Assembly (NCBI GenBank): GCA_009914755.4
Contig: CP068257.2
Span: 34,976,001 to 35,040,000 of the forward strand
Source of the DNA: the human T2T-CHM13v2.0 reference genome, Homo sapiens
Length of the DNA: 64,000 bases
Direction of reading: 5' to 3'
The notes beneath the pieces were generated by a model. The model did no database searches and was not told the origin of the DNA. It worked only from the letters and a program-made list of their open reading frames with translations. Made by a program: the position numbers and the translations under genes. This document shows, one piece after another, positions 1 to 15,481 of this stretch (within the stretch, counting starts at the first letter, position 1; each line of letters begins with the position of its first letter).

Positions 1-32
1 TTTCGGACTTGCCAGCTCCCATAATCACGTGA

Positions 33-673
<641 letters not shown>

Positions 674-1040
674 TGATGGGGAGAGAGGAAAAGACCGGGG
701 GAGAGAGAGAGAGAGAGCTTGTCTGCATCTTCCAGCTCTTCTGTCCTAGGAAGCACCTGTGGCCTTAGACTCTGGGTGACTCTCTGCATCCCCTTGGCCT
801 CATCCAGTTTGAGACAAATCTCTAACATGACTGACATAGAATCCTAATACTTCATTTAGATGGACATATTCAGACCTCTTTTATTTAGTTGTTGGAATGA
901 ATGGAATTAAATTTTCTAACAATTTGACTTGAGTGATCAGACTAGACTTAAAAGTCATTTTCCATTTCCAGGTCTCAGATAGACAGGAGAAAGCTTAGCA
1001 AATTTTAAAGACTACTATAGGTGTCTAATCTGGAGAATAA

Positions 1041-1428
<388 letters not shown>

Positions 1429-3699
1429 AAGGGTAGATACATTTTTTAATTGCCTTTAATTTTTGCTGGGCTTTTGTTGAAGGATCTAAATCTCTTTCAT
1501 GAAACATTCAATGTTGCACAGCTTTCTGCTATGTCAGTAGTGAAATGTTAAATCTACAAAAACGTTATCCTGAGTGTCTTAGTTTGGTTCCAACTGCTTA
1601 ATAAAGAAGAAAATACAGAATATATTAAATCAATTATCAAAGAGTTCACTCAACCCAAACCAGCAGAATAGCATCCATGGCATTCACCGCCTCCAGCTGG
1701 CCTGATCTGGGGCTTCTAGCTAGCTTCTCAATCTATCTTCTTCTTTCCTTACTAATACAACTGGATTCTGTATAGGCTGCAATGTGCTCAAACTAAAAGA
1801 CTGCATTTCCCTCCCTCTCTTGCATATGAAAGAAACCAATAACATCTAAACAGAACTCTTCAAATAAAGCCTTTTGCCCTTTGCTGGCTCCATATCTGGA
1901 ATGTAGATGTGCTAGCTGGAGTGCCAGCAGCCATTTTGGGACAACAAGCCCACCTTGAGGAGAGAAGCTAATAAGGATAGCCAAGCAGAAAAACTGAGAA
2001 ACCTAAATCCTAGATGGAGCTACCATACAAGCCCTGCACTGCCTCCCTCCTAGCTTCTTTCACATGTGCAAAGAAGCACCTAATTCATTTAGGCTACTAG
2101 TAACAGTTACATTGCTGTTACTAGTGTTCACACACAGTTAATAACTAATTCAGGTTGAAAAACATCTTTTCTAAAATGTGTTGTTACATAAAAAATATGA
2201 AGATCACAATTGAAAGAGTATCAACATTTTGCAACCTGGTCCTGTGCTTCATTTCCTATCATTGAAGCTTCTAGTGCCAACTGCAGCATTCCAGAAGGCA
2301 GTTTCCTCCAGGTTCTGGATTTCTTCTGCCTCTCAAAAATCTAATTCTGTGAGTTTGAAATCTAATTCTGTGCCTCCTGTCTCTTTACCTTCAAATCTAG
2401 AGCTTTCCTTGGGGCTGTTTCCACAACCCCCCTCCCCACCCCCATCACACACAGATTCTTCCTCATCATGCACCAGGCACCTGTCTGCCTGTCCACCTGC
2501 TGCACCTCAAGGATGCCATGACATCATTGTATCTAAACAACCCAACTAACCAAACAAGTCTTACTGCAAATCCCACTCTCCCACCCCGTATGTATCAGAT
2601 GACCTTGGGATCAACCTTGGTAAGAGAGTCTTCATCCAGAAGGATCAGGTGATCCTTGTCCTTTAGTATTTGTGTTTTCCGTCTTGTGTCCTGTTTGGGT
2701 AGAGTACATAGTGGTTGAGAGATGGGGTTTGGGGTCAGGTAGCCCCAGCTTTCAGGCAGACACATCACTTCATGTCTCTGAGTATAGTCTAAGAAGCTGC
2801 TATAGTCTAAGAAGTAGGATGAATATTCCAGTTCACAGGTGGCTGTGGTAAGGGATGCCCTTATAAATGTGCATACAGATGAGGTCATGTAAAGACTTTA
2901 CTTGGATGGAATGGTCTCATACATGCTTCCTCCTTTCTCTTGAACAAACATATCTATCTCATGTCTCATTCTCTTAAGGGCAGGGGAGGCAAGATAAAGA
3001 AAAGCATTAATTTAAGTAATTTGCAGCAATCCGTGGCTGAAAACAGTTCAAGGTGCTACCCTTTAGGCAGTGGAATTCTAACAAAGAAACTATGAAAGCA
3101 CCAATCCATCCATCCACCAACTCAAAGAGCTGGAGGGCGGTGGCAGGCAGCGGGGGTGGAGGGTGGGCACGCGGATACCACAGGTGATGGCTTCACCTCT
3201 CTGGGCTCAGTTTATTCTGAGTGACACTGTTGGACTAGATGGTCTCTAAGTCCCTCCTAGTCCGAAATTTCAAGATTTTTTAGTATTTTTTTTTCTGAAC
3301 AAGGTGCTTTTTGATAGCACCTGTCAGCTCACCTTTTCCAGGGCCAGACATTTGCTGTAGTGATTCTTCCTGGGGTCGGCCTTAATGACAGTAGCTTTCT
3401 CCAACCACAGCCATATTCCATGAGCACCTGTAGTCCTGCTTTGCCACTTCTATGATCACATGGGTGACTCCATGCACCCCACTGCTGCCACGTGCGTCAG
3501 GTGCCTGAGTTTCTTTCTTTGTGATGGTGAGGTGTCCCACCAAAGTGACCATATTGGACTTTCATCATCATGGGAGATGCTGGTAACTGGCATGCCCAAA
3601 TGTTAAAATGCCATCACTTCCACTCCACCACTGAATCATCCCAGACTCTTTCAAAAGTTATAGAGAACAAAGCCCTTTGGTTCAGATCATTTGCAACTG

Positions 3700-3776
3700 A
3701 GAATCAGAAGTAAAGGAAAGAGGAAGAGGAGGAGGAAGAAGAGGAGGAAAGAGAGGATGAGGAAGAAGAGCAGATG
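3700..3776. repeat. Purine-rich (GAG/GAA)n low-complexity tract
   Basis: gaggaagaggaggaggaagaagaggaggaaagagaggatgaggaagaagag. Confidence 0.8.
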
Positions 3777-3999
3777 ATTCTTCTTTAGAAAAACTGAAGA
3801 AACTGCCTGAGTGAAACCCATGGTAGGTGATTGCACCTAACAAAATCCACCCCTGTGTGGCATTTGATGGCCACCAAGTCAAAACACTCAGGTCCCTGTC
3901 CACTGCTCTCATGGGAAGCTGGCCAGCCACACTCCTGTATGTGGAGGTCCCATCGGCTTTCCTGCTCATGGAAGAGGCCTAACCATAAGACAGATTTAG

Positions 4000-4358
<359 letters not shown>

Positions 4359-4359
4359 C

Positions 4360-5450
4360 TACCCTCTCATTCTTAGGTACGATAGACAAATAAGGTCGCA
4401 AAACGTATGGAGTGAAAAACAAAGCTAAACAGACAGTACTATTTCTCATGGAGGAAACAGAAAGAATGCAGAAGGGGATGGGAAACACTCTCAACAGCAG
4501 GCTGAAAGATTTGAGAAAATGTCGCATTCTGAACCAGAAAAAGATGCCATAAAAGCCAATTGAAGAATAAGAAAGAACTTTTTTTTTTTTTGAGACAGAG
4601 TCTTGCTTTGTTGCCCAAGCTGGAGTGTAGTGGTGCAATCTTGGCTCACTGAAACCTCCGCCTCCCAGGTTCAAGCGATTTTCCTTCCTCTGTCTCCAGA
4701 GTAGACGAGATTACAGGTGCCCACCACCACTCCCGGCTAATTTTTGTTTTTTTTTAGTGGAGACGGGGTTTCGCCATGTTGGCCAGGCTGGTCTCGAACT
4801 TCTGACCTCAAGTGATCTGCCTGCCTTGGCCTCCCAAAGTGCTGGGATTACAGGCGTGAGTCACTGTGCCCAGCCAGAAAGAACTCTTAAGCAGTAAAAG
4901 TGTCATTGCCAAAAGAAATCAGAAAAAACCCCGAAAATTTAAGTCAAAGAAATATGCCAGCGGGAAAAAGAAAACAGCTCAAAGATTTTGAAGGGTCAAA
5001 GAAAAAACTAGAGATGTAGCCGATCAATCCAGCAGGTCCAAGGGGTGGTTAACATGAGTCCTAAGAGACACAGCCAGAGAAAATTGAGGGGAAGAGGGAT
5101 GATTTCAAAGAAATAATAGAAAAACATTCCTAGAGCTATAAAAAGGACATGAGTCTTCAGATGGGTCTCGCAGTAGAAAGGAGGAAACACACCCTTAGGC
5201 AGATCTCCATGAAACTTCAGAACACCAGGAATAAAAAGATCTTTAAAATGTCCAGAGAGAGATTGCAAGCCTCCTGCCTAAGAATGAGGGTTAGGCTGGC
5301 ATCAGCAATAGTGGGTGCTAAAAGACAATGAAATGACACCTTCTGAGTTTGGAGGGGAAATACTTTTCAAGGTGAAATTTGATAGTTAGCAAAGCTACCA
5401 ATTATGAGCACAAAATGCAGCCAATTCTTGCTACTCATGGTAGGTACATT
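4360..5450 (+). mobile_element. Ancient L1 (L1M-like) ORF1-region fragment, interrupted by the Alu at 4579-4875
   Basis: Weak similarity to the L1 ORF1 DNA region (..gaaacttcagaacaccaggaataaaaagatctttaaaatgtccagagagagattgcaagcctcctgcctaagaatgag..). No intact ORF. Confidence 0.4.
4579..4875 (-). mobile_element. Alu SINE with a 10 bp target-site duplication
   Basis: Reverse complement of the Alu consensus. Flanks agaaagaact (4569-4578) and agaaagaact (4876-4885). Confidence 0.95.
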
Positions 5451-6023
5451 CTATAAAGTTGCCACAAACATAGCCAAATCCTGAACCACTCCTCTTAGAG
5501 GAAACACAGGGTTAGGCTCCCGGGAGCCTATGTCAACCTGTCAACACATAACCCTGCTTTATGTGTGCTTCTGTTTGAAGACACCTTATTTAATAAATAC
5601 TGTTGACTCTTTAACACTGAGCTGGTGACCAACAGCACTGTAATTCATACTTACACAGAGCTTTTCTGACACACATATTTTCTCCATAAGGCATATGACT
5701 GCCTTCTTGTGATTAGGAACACTAGATAGCACTACAATTGGAGGCCATTTTAAACAGCAGAATCATCAATAAAAAACAAAAATGTGAGCAACATGGCAGT
5801 AAACAGACCACAGGAAGGACTATTTATAGTATGAGAGCTAAACAAGAAGGGAGAGCATCACCTTGTTCAATGTCAACTGGGAACATTCATGTTGGGCAGC
5901 TCAGATGTTGCACCTCTCTCTGCATGTCCAAGAATGACCTCAAAAGTGTGCAGACACTGATTTTCAGGTTACAAATAAGTTTTAGTGAGTAGGAGAATTT
6001 GCAAATATGGAATCCACAAATAA

Positions 6024-6560
<537 letters not shown>

Positions 6561-6595
6561 CTATTTTTATTTTTTTAAAAGCATCAGGTAGGCAG

Positions 6596-6835
6596 CATGA
6601 GAACACAGACTCTGAGGCCAGAACACCTGAGTTGAAATCTTAGCTCTGCTGCTTACCAGCTCTGGTGATCTTGGGCAAGTTGTTTAACCCCTCTGTGCTT
6701 CCTTTGTTCCACAGAGTAAGGCTATTAGTAGCACCTACCTCATAGGCTTGTTGGTAGGACTAAAGGATTTTGTAACATTCAGAATGGTGCATGGCACATA
6801 GTAATAATGCTATGCATAAGAGTTAATTACATAAA
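6596..6835 (+). mobile_element. MIR SINE
   Basis: Matches the MIR core: ..cagctctggtgatcttgggcaagttgtttaacccctctgtgcttc...agcacctacctcataggcttgttggtaggactaaag...tggcacatagtaataatgctatgcataagagttaattac. Confidence 0.85.
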
Positions 6836-8172
6836 TATATAGGTAATCTTCTAAAAGAAAAAGAAATTAAAGTAGGTCTGTAACCACCCAAGTAGGAGAG
6901 CATGAGACTGGAGTTTAACACCAGCTTAAGGTGCTATTCATGGTTTCTGGGCCCAGCCTTGGAGGGTCACCGACTCAGCAACGTGTCTCCCACCTCCCTA
7001 AGGAGGGCTGGCCTACCCCTGCAACTCTCTCTTTGCCTACAGGGTTATCTCCTCCTTTCCCAGGCAGAGGGTAAAACCCGCAGAGATGCCCACAGACCTG
7101 GCCCACAGACCTGAAGTCCACTGTAGGGTGAAGAGAAGCTTGTTTTGGGATAGTTTATGACTGACTTTGCCTGGGAGGTGGCACCCAAGAGTCCCGTTTG
7201 CTGAGGAACCCCAGGTGGCTGGGATTAAAGGGCCACACATCTGTAAAATTTCTTGCAGGAGACATAACTCTGAGGACTCTCTGATGCCAGGGTGTCCCCT
7301 GGCAGCCCTGATGCCCTTCTTCTGATAATTCCCAGCTCCATCCCTGCATGTCCAGGCAAAGTCAGCCCCCAGCGCTGGCCTCAGGGCGGGGGCTTCCTCC
7401 CAACAGCACGGCTGGCGAGTCCCGGGAGGTCTGTTTTCAGCTTCCCTTCTCTCTGTTTCCGTGGGAAATGACCTGTCCTGTTTCTCTCTGTCTTGTGCTC
7501 CCAGGTAACTTGGAAGGCTGGGAGAATCCCTCATGTCTTTCCATTATGGGAGATGTCCTTCTTTATTGCCTACAACAGGGGTTGGCAAACTTTTTCTAGA
7601 AAGGGCCAGATGGGAAATCTTTTCGGCTTTGAGAGCCGTTTGATCTCTGTTGCCACTGCTCAACCCCAATTGGATTGCAAAAGGGGCCGGGAGAACACAT
7701 AAATGAAAGGGTGTGGCTAGATTCCAACACAACTCCATGCAATACAGACTGATGTCATGGACTTTAGAGACCCAGGAAGGGGAGGGAGGCCAGGGATAAA
7801 AAACTACACATTAGGTACAATGTACACTACTCAGGTGATGGGTACCCCAAAATCTCAGAATCACCATTTTGTTATAATAGAGCAAATTATATTATAACGT
7901 ACTTATGATATAATCCATCCATGTAACAAAAAAAAAAACACTCGTACCCCAAAAGGTATTGAAATTTTTTAAAAATTTAGGATCAACAAAATATTTTATA
8001 TGTTCAGAACATGGTAAGGAGTGATAAAAAGCAAGTTTCAGAATAGCACGTATAGTAAATACATACATGTGATATGTAAAAAGTATGTGCTTACAACTGT
8101 TTGGCTCAATATGAAATGCATAGACATGCCTAGAGAGATGTCCTTCCAAATATTGTCAATAATCATCTTTAA

Positions 8173-8300
8173 ACCAGGTGAGGTGGCTCATCCCTATAAT
8201 CTCAGCATTTTGCGAGCCGAAGGCAGGAGGATTGCTTGAGGCCAGGAATTCAAGACCAGCCTGGTCAAGAGAGACCCTATCTCTACAAAAATTAAAAATA
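8173..8300 (+). mobile_element. Free left Alu monomer (FLAM-like) fragment
   Basis: ccaggtgaggtggctcatccctataatctcagcattttgcgagccgaaggcaggaggattgcttgaggccaggaattcaagaccagcctggtcaagagagaccctatctctacaaaaatt. Confidence 0.7.
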
Positions 8301-8394
8301 AACAAATAAATACAAATAATCATCTCTAAAAAACAAATCAAAAAATAAAACTTTTTGCAAATGGGTGGTGGGCTGGATTTGACCTACTGGTCAT

Positions 8395-8891
<497 letters not shown>

Positions 8892-9698
8892 CTAGTGCCT
8901 TGGAGCACACTGCTGCTCATTAAAACTCCAGAATCCCTCCCTGGAAATTTGTTCCTTTCTGATGTGCCGTTTACACAGCTCTCAGCAACTGGCACCGGTT
9001 CTGAGAATATTTTATGACTACCTTTTGCTGGGCAAATGCCAACCCTCTGAAGATGAAGAGAGGGGAAGTTCTGTTCATTTTGCTTCACGGAGAAGAACCA
9101 TCTCTTGCCCGATGACTCTGGTGTCCTCCTGCATTCTGGTACATTCTTCAGTGGCACGAATAGGACCATTCCATGGCTAACGCCACTCACCAAAGCCTCC
9201 ATCCCCTTTCAGATGGGAAGGAAACTGGGCATCCAGAATCTTGTTATGACACAGGCGATTCCAAACGAAAAGGGCCCCTCAGGTTTTATTAATGTATTTT
9301 CTGGCTGTTAGATAAAACAGCAGTGTTTTGGAGTCAAAGAAACATGAGGCCTCTTCCTAGATGATAGACTATGTTTTGAAGAATGAGTTTAGGTCTCCCT
9401 TTAGTTTATCCAATGAACAAGGTATGAAGTTGTTTTTCCCTCACAGCAAGGTTTCTTCAGAACAGGATTTGAAAGTGCCTGCAAGTGGCTGAGAGAGACC
9501 TTTCTCTGAGGTGAAGAGCAGATGAAACATTCACTAAACAGGCTGGGTTTCCTGAGTCTTGAAGGCAAACATGAAAAGTCTGTGAAGGATGCTTTCTAAA
9601 GACACATAAGAAAGGAGGGGAGGAGAGTGGGGAGAGGACAGGAAGCTGAGGCTGCAGCGAGGCAAGAGTTTGCGTCCCCATCTTGTGTTCTTTTGGAT

Positions 9699-10188
9699 TT
9701 TTTTTTTTTGAGACAGGGTCTTCCTCTGTCACCTAGCCTGGTGCAGTGTTGCAATCTTGGCTCACTGCAGCCTTGACCTCTTGGGCTCAAGTGATCCTTC
9801 CACCTCAGCCTCCCAAGTAGCTGGGACTACAGGCATGCGTCACCACCCCACACCCGGCTAATTTGTGTGTGTGTGTGTGTGTGTGTGTAGATACAATATA
9901 TATAATGTGTATATATAAATTTATGTATGTATATACATATAAATATGTATATATACATGTATATACATATAAATATGTATATATATACTCACATATCTAT
10001 CTATACATATATATGCATATAGATACACACACACACAAACACACATTTTTTTTGTTTGGGTAGAGACAGGGTTTCTTCATGTTTCTTCTTGTTGCCCAAG
10101 CTGGTCTCAAACTCCTGGGCTCGAGCGATCTGCCCATCTCAGCCCCCCACAGTGCTGAGATTACAGGCATGAGCCACCACACCCAGGG
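9699..10188 (-). mobile_element. Alu SINE whose middle A-rich linker has expanded into a roughly 185 bp compound microsatellite
   Basis: Alu right arm (reverse complement) at 9699-9863; left arm (reverse complement) at 10048-10188 (..gggtttcttcatgtttcttcttgttgcccaagctggtctcaaactcctgggctcgagcgatctgcccatctcagccccccacagtgctgagattacaggcatgagccaccacacccagg). Confidence 0.85.
9864..10047. repeat. Compound (TG)n-(TA)n-(TATG/ATAC)n-(CA)n microsatellite
   Basis: Direct reading. It produces the [15 protein letters not shown] artefacts. Confidence 0.9.
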
Positions 10189-12234
10189 GACCTCTTTTGA
10201 TTTTTGAACACAGTACCTGGGCAAACTTTTTTTAAATTTAATTTTAAAATAGAATAAAATTATGTCATTTATTCATCTCTTAGAACTTGGCAAAATTTCC
10301 CACTCAGCTGGGTCACTTGGCCGTGTACTTGATCTTCCTTCCTCCTTTGCCCTGGCCAAGGAGGCTCCAGTCCTGACAATCCCCACAGCCCTTGAGGGGT
10401 GCCATAGTGGGGACTGGTGCCCCCAGCAGATGAGGTGGGTGCTCACCCTGGTTCTGAGACACTGCCTGGACCTCCAGTTACTGTGGGGGCTCTCACGATA
10501 TTTTCGGAAACATTTGAGTCTTCTGACTTATTTTTTAAATGGCTTACATAGCACACCTAGAGGCTGGGAGAGTGCCACAGCAACTAGAGGTATCGGCAGT
10601 GACAGGTGAGTGACGGGGAGTCTCAGAACCCAGTTCAGAGTCTGGACTCCACCGCATCCTGGTGGTGCAGACTCAGGCGAGGAACTCAGGGAGTCCGAGC
10701 CTCAGCTTGCTCGCACGTAAAGTGAGGAAAGTTCACCTACTTTGCAGGGTGGTGAACACATGAGCACATGTATTAGAGCTCCCTTCGTAAAGTAGTTCAT
10801 TAGCAATCAATGCAAACGGCGATGGCTGCCCTGGGAGGGAAGCCCCCGAAGGAAGGAGCAGGCCCTCAAAGGCCCCTCCAAGGTCTCCTGCCTCACTAGT
10901 CCGTCCAGGGCCTGTGTGGTCAATGGCTGGCCAGCTCACTCCACCTCCTCTCACTCCCAGGCCATCCCAGCATGGGGGGACAAATTCCCTCCCTCTCCCC
11001 TTCACACCGATGACTGGCAGGCCAAGTGCCCCCTCCCTTTGCCAACAGCACCCTGGACTGTTTCTCCCAGGTACCCACCTCTCTGCCTTTGCACATGGAT
11101 TTGGCTACTGATGGAAGCCCTGTTACTACACCAATTGCTGGACCAGGAGGGAACCAAGCTGGACCACAGGGTCTCTGTCTTGGAAATTTGAATTTTGAGT
11201 GCTGGGACTTGAAGATGGAAAACGGTCCCTTCTCCTTGTCCCTCGCCTTCCACCCACCCCACACGTTTCAGTCACTCACCGTCCTTTTCCCACCCACAGG
11301 CAAGTCTGGGCCCCTCCTCTGAGAATGCCCCCACTTCTCTGGGCAGAAGTGCCCCCCCCAACCTGATGCAGCCGCAGTTTGCCTTCTTGGGGTGCCAGCA
11401 GCTCTGACTTCTTAGGTGGCCGATGCCCTGTTGCGTCATGAAGCACTCACTGACATGCGTTGCTTCTTGTCAGTCTGCCTGTCTGTCTCCTGCTCTCTCT
11501 GTGCTCAGGGAGGAATAGGACTGTGTCCCAATTGTCTCCCTGTCCCAACCTTTAGGATATCATCTGGCTCATGGACCCTAAAAACTGTGTTCTGAAGGAG
11601 AAGAGTGTCATGAGATGGCCCATTTGCTCACAGGACAGCAGCGTTACAACCCCAAGACGCCATGGCCCCCATCCCCAAGCAGGGAGTCCCCAGATAGTGT
11701 TGTGAAGGAGTCAACCAGTTCCGGAGATGGAGGCTGAGCTACTGTGAGGTCAGTGGCCCCAGCTGGAGCCAGGCTGCTTAGATTGCAGCTGGAGAGCTGG
11801 TGGAGGGGAGTAGGAGGGACCCGAGTCTTCTGTAGAAAGAAGCCTCTTGTCCCGGGGAGTCAGGTTCCATGCATTCCTGATCCAATGTCCGGTGCTGGGC
11901 GCCAGAGGAAACAGGGATCCTGGGGGTCTGTCCTCATTCTAAGCCCCCAGAGCGAGGGGCTGTAGGAAAACTCACAGAGTTGCTCCCTGGGGCTCTGTGC
12001 CAATGTGGGCAAGAGGCACATGTTACCACTTATCTTGGGATAACTTCAAGGGTCAGAGGAGGGACCCAGCCTGGCTCCCGTCACCTTAGCACATGAGGGT
12101 CCTGGGGAAACCCCGGGGGCAGCTTCCAAATGTGCCCCCAAGATGATGCCTGGATGCGGGAGCCTGCCTTCAGGGCCACAGCCCAACCCTCCACCCTGCA
12201 GGATGCCCTGAGAGGCTCCTTCGCCTCCCCAGAG

Positions 12235-12455
12235 CCAGGAGGGGCTGGGTGGGTCTGGGGGGATCCCTTCACCCTCCTCTCACTCCCCAGTGCTTCGGGG
12301 CTTGCAGAGGTCCAGGTGATTCCGGCAGAAACTCAACCTCAGCAAACTGGAGCTCAAGGAAACAGAGGGGCTTTTGACCTAATTATTCCCAATTGCTTGT
12401 CTCCATCGATCACACTCTCTTGGTAATTGCCCAACTCCCCACTTTGGGGTGGGGG
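12235..12455 (+). repeat. Copy A of an approximately 210 bp intra-window duplicated segment (partner at 15482-15695)
   Basis: About 85% identity by eye: ..ccaggtgattc[c/t]ggcagaaactc..aggaaacagagg..tttgacctaattattcccaattgcttgtctccatc[g/a]atcaca[c/t]tctcttg[g/a]taattgcccaactccccact. Confidence 0.7.
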
Positions 12456-13732
12456 GTGTGTTTCTCAGGGGGCTGCATTCGCGTGGGATAAATGGGGTGT
12501 GGCGCTGAGAAACATGCAGGCCCTCGCTTTCCGCACACTGTGGCCTTTGTGGAGGAGTGTTTTGTTTACTGCCATTAAAATTCAGAGAGCACGACCAGGG
12601 AGCGTGCAGGGCCGTGGGAGGGACAAGGGCTGGCTCCTCAGGGAGAGGCCTGGGCTGATGTAAGCTGAGCGTGGGCCTGGCCCCGGGGGAGTCCCCACCA
12701 TCTGGGCCCAGATCCCACTTACATGGTCACTGGTGTTTGCAAACCCTTGATTCTGTGCAGAAACCCATCCGTGGTTCCCTTTCTGACGTCCATCTCAGGG
12801 CCCTGGCCTCCTGGGCCCAGCATCCAGGGATCCTCCACACTCCCCTAGCTCCACACCTCCCACCTCACCTCACGCTATTCCCCCAAACTGCTTCCCTGCT
12901 CATTATTTCTGAAGGTGACCCTGAGAACGAGCACCTCAGCCCTTGGCCTGATCTTTGCCGGGGCCGGTGTCCCCCTGTGGATGCAGGGCTCTCTCTGGCC
13001 TCCAGGGGACCCACGCCTGCCTCCTCCCCTCAGAGCTCCTCCAGCACCAATGGTCTGCACCCCCTAATTGTGTCTGGAGGGCATCGGCTTCCCCTCATTT
13101 CTGTACCTGACTCCCCAGCCAGCCTGAGGACTCCCGGGGGGACTTTAGGCCCCAGCACTCAACGTCACGTCACACTGGGGCAGAGCTCAGTGTGCATCTG
13201 TTGGTTGATGACATTATCAGGCAGCAGGTGCATTCCAGTGCCATCTACCCCACAGGAATCCATTCCCTTTGAACGGCCAGGCCAGGCCTCCACTGTCCCC
13301 TCCCAGCCTGCCCATGTGGTTCCAATACTGTTGACACTTTGACTCTTGTGTGGCTCCCAGGCTGGTCTATGGAGAGGCTTCAGCCAGCTGCAACCACACC
13401 ACTCCTGGTGTCCGAATCCTCTGTCCCAACAATTGCATGCACTATTGGCTCAAAAAAGCGTTTTGAATATCAAATGCAAACTCAATGGGTTGGGACTCAT
13501 GGGAACATTTTCATCAAATGCTGGAGAACTTACGGACTCACCTTTCCTTTTCTCCACCTTTCTCCTACATTCACCAAAACATTGAACTGATTGGAGGTCC
13601 TGGCCATCTCACTCACTAATGGCAACCCCTCCCAAATGAGTGTCTCCATTCTGGTATGTGAGCCAGTGAGCTTCAATGAACCTCATAACTTCCATGTAAT
13701 AACATCTATGTTCCCTGAAAGCTCTGGTACTT

Positions 13733-13937
13733 AACCAGGGGCAATTTTCCCTCCAGGGGACATTTGGCAACATCTGGAAACATTTTTAATTACACAATGG
13801 GAGGGAGGAGTGCTCCTAGAATTTAGTGGGGAGAAGCCAGGGATAAACATCCGACAATGCACAGGACAACCGCTCACAAGAAAAAGTGATCCAGCCCCAA
13901 ATGTCAATAATGCCAAGGTTGAGAACTGTGCCCTGAA
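13733..13937 (-). mobile_element. MER33-like hAT non-autonomous DNA transposon, copy 1 of 3
   Basis: ..aaccaggggcaattttccctccaggggacatttggcaacatctggaaacatttttaattacacaa...acaatgcacaggacaaccgctcacaagaaaaagtgatccagccccaaatgtcaataatgccaaggttgagaact. Matches the remembered MER33 consensus (..ggggacatttggcaatgtctggagacatttttggttgtcacaac...cctacaatgcacaggacagccc..). The family name is from memory. Confidence 0.6.
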
Positions 13938-15481
13938 TGTATTATAAAGTGTCTTGTAGAAGGTAGTTCTATTTTATTTAACTTGTGATTCGACATCAGC
14001 AATTCTTGCCTGCCCAGGTTGGTCACCCACACCGCCAGAGGGAAATGAAGGGCTAGAGGGGACTTCTAACTTGGAATGGAGACAAAAGGCACAAGACTCC
14101 CACAGCAAATGACAGTAAAGGGGTGCCTGGAGGTCCGGTGCATTTCTGGGAGCCAGTCCGAAGGGAGACCTCCCTTTTAAATTCCAAGCACTCAGTCAAT
14201 CCAACTCACAGGAAGGCTCCAGATGAAAGGCCGATGAGAGATGTGGAAAGAGAGCACTTTTGTTTCTAAGCTTACAGAGAAGGGTGGAGAATTTTTTAAC
14301 TGAGCCAAACCACACACACCTCTATTGGGGCATGAAAAATTTGCGCATCAACAAGACACAATCATGCAAGTGACACGGCTTTTCATGCGAGTCACCCACG
14401 TGGCTCACCAAATCAAATGTGAAAGCTTATTTGTTTTGTGGAAATTCTCAAATAATGGCTCTGCCTGTTGCAGCAGGTAAAACTTACAGTTGAATTGTGA
14501 TAGAGTTTTTTCAACACAGGATTTTTCTGTTTGACAATATTTGAACAGATGGTATGTGGGGCAGCACAGGAAGGTGCCCAACAGTTTCCACCCTGAGACC
14601 CGGATCCCAGTGTCTTCCATGGTTGGCCAGTGTGTACTATATATAGAACTTGGAGTGCTCAAAATCTTGCTTTCTGCATGACTTGTACTCAACTGGTCTT
14701 ATTCCATTTACTTTTCCCTGCATATTTTCCCCTGGCATTTTATTGATTCTATCAGGATTACTTTCAGCTGCAAATAATGGCAAACCCAACTAAGAGTGGC
14801 TTAAGCAGTGAAGACAATGACTTAATTATCATTATAGTCACATAACAACAGTCAGAAAATTCCAGGGTTGCTGTCGTGTGGCTCAGTGATGTCATGGAAG
14901 GAGCTTTTTCTGCTTGGCTAGTCACAGTAAGTTAGATTTTCATCTTTAAACTCATGACCTCATGATCAGAAGATGTCTCTAAAGCTGTAGATGCAACAAC
15001 ATTTCAAACAGGAACACATAGGGTGACGAGCCAACTCCCTTTGCCCAAGGCTGAGGGGTTACTAGAAAGTCCCAAGTTAACTGGGACAAGTTGGTTACCC
15101 TATGGCCACCTTTTGTTAGGGAAGAACATCTTCCCCAGAAATTCCAGCATGTTCTCCTTGGTCTGTTGATCCAGAACTAGGTCATATCCTCACCACTAGA
15201 CCAATGACTGGCAAGGAGGCCCAGGATCCCCCTGCTGTGATTCATCCCCTGGGGCTAGAGAAGACCCTCCCCTGGGCTTGCCCAACACTGAAACAGAATG
15301 GAGATTCTATTGGCCAGGAAGAAGGTGAGGAACCCAGACATTCGCCAGAGTGCTCATGAAAACAATTAATTTCCCAGTTAGCCAAATCTTACCAACCAAG
15401 CAGATTGTGTGTGTTAGACACATTATTCATTCATTTATTCCTTATTATTTATTCCTTGAACAAATATATGTGCAAGCTCTA

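Noticed and set aside
10600-10900. Small CpG cluster (..cgaggaactcagggagtccgagcctcagcttgctcgcacgtaaag..aaacggcgatggc..cccgaagg)
   Set aside because: Too short and isolated to call a regulatory element. Noted only as weak support for the general picture of scattered constrained or hypomethylated patches.
12671-13342. 223-aa plus-strand ORF in the GC-rich 10.6-13.4 kb block (and neighbouring Pro/Ser/Gly-rich ORFs at 10733-11322 and 11744-12663)
   Set aside because: Composition-driven: about 60% GC sequence is stop-codon-poor. The peptides are low-complexity and Pro/Ser/Leu-rich with no recognisable domain. Overlapping ORFs occur in several frames and strands. The region is CpG-poor and not an island, with no splice-site-bounded structure evident.
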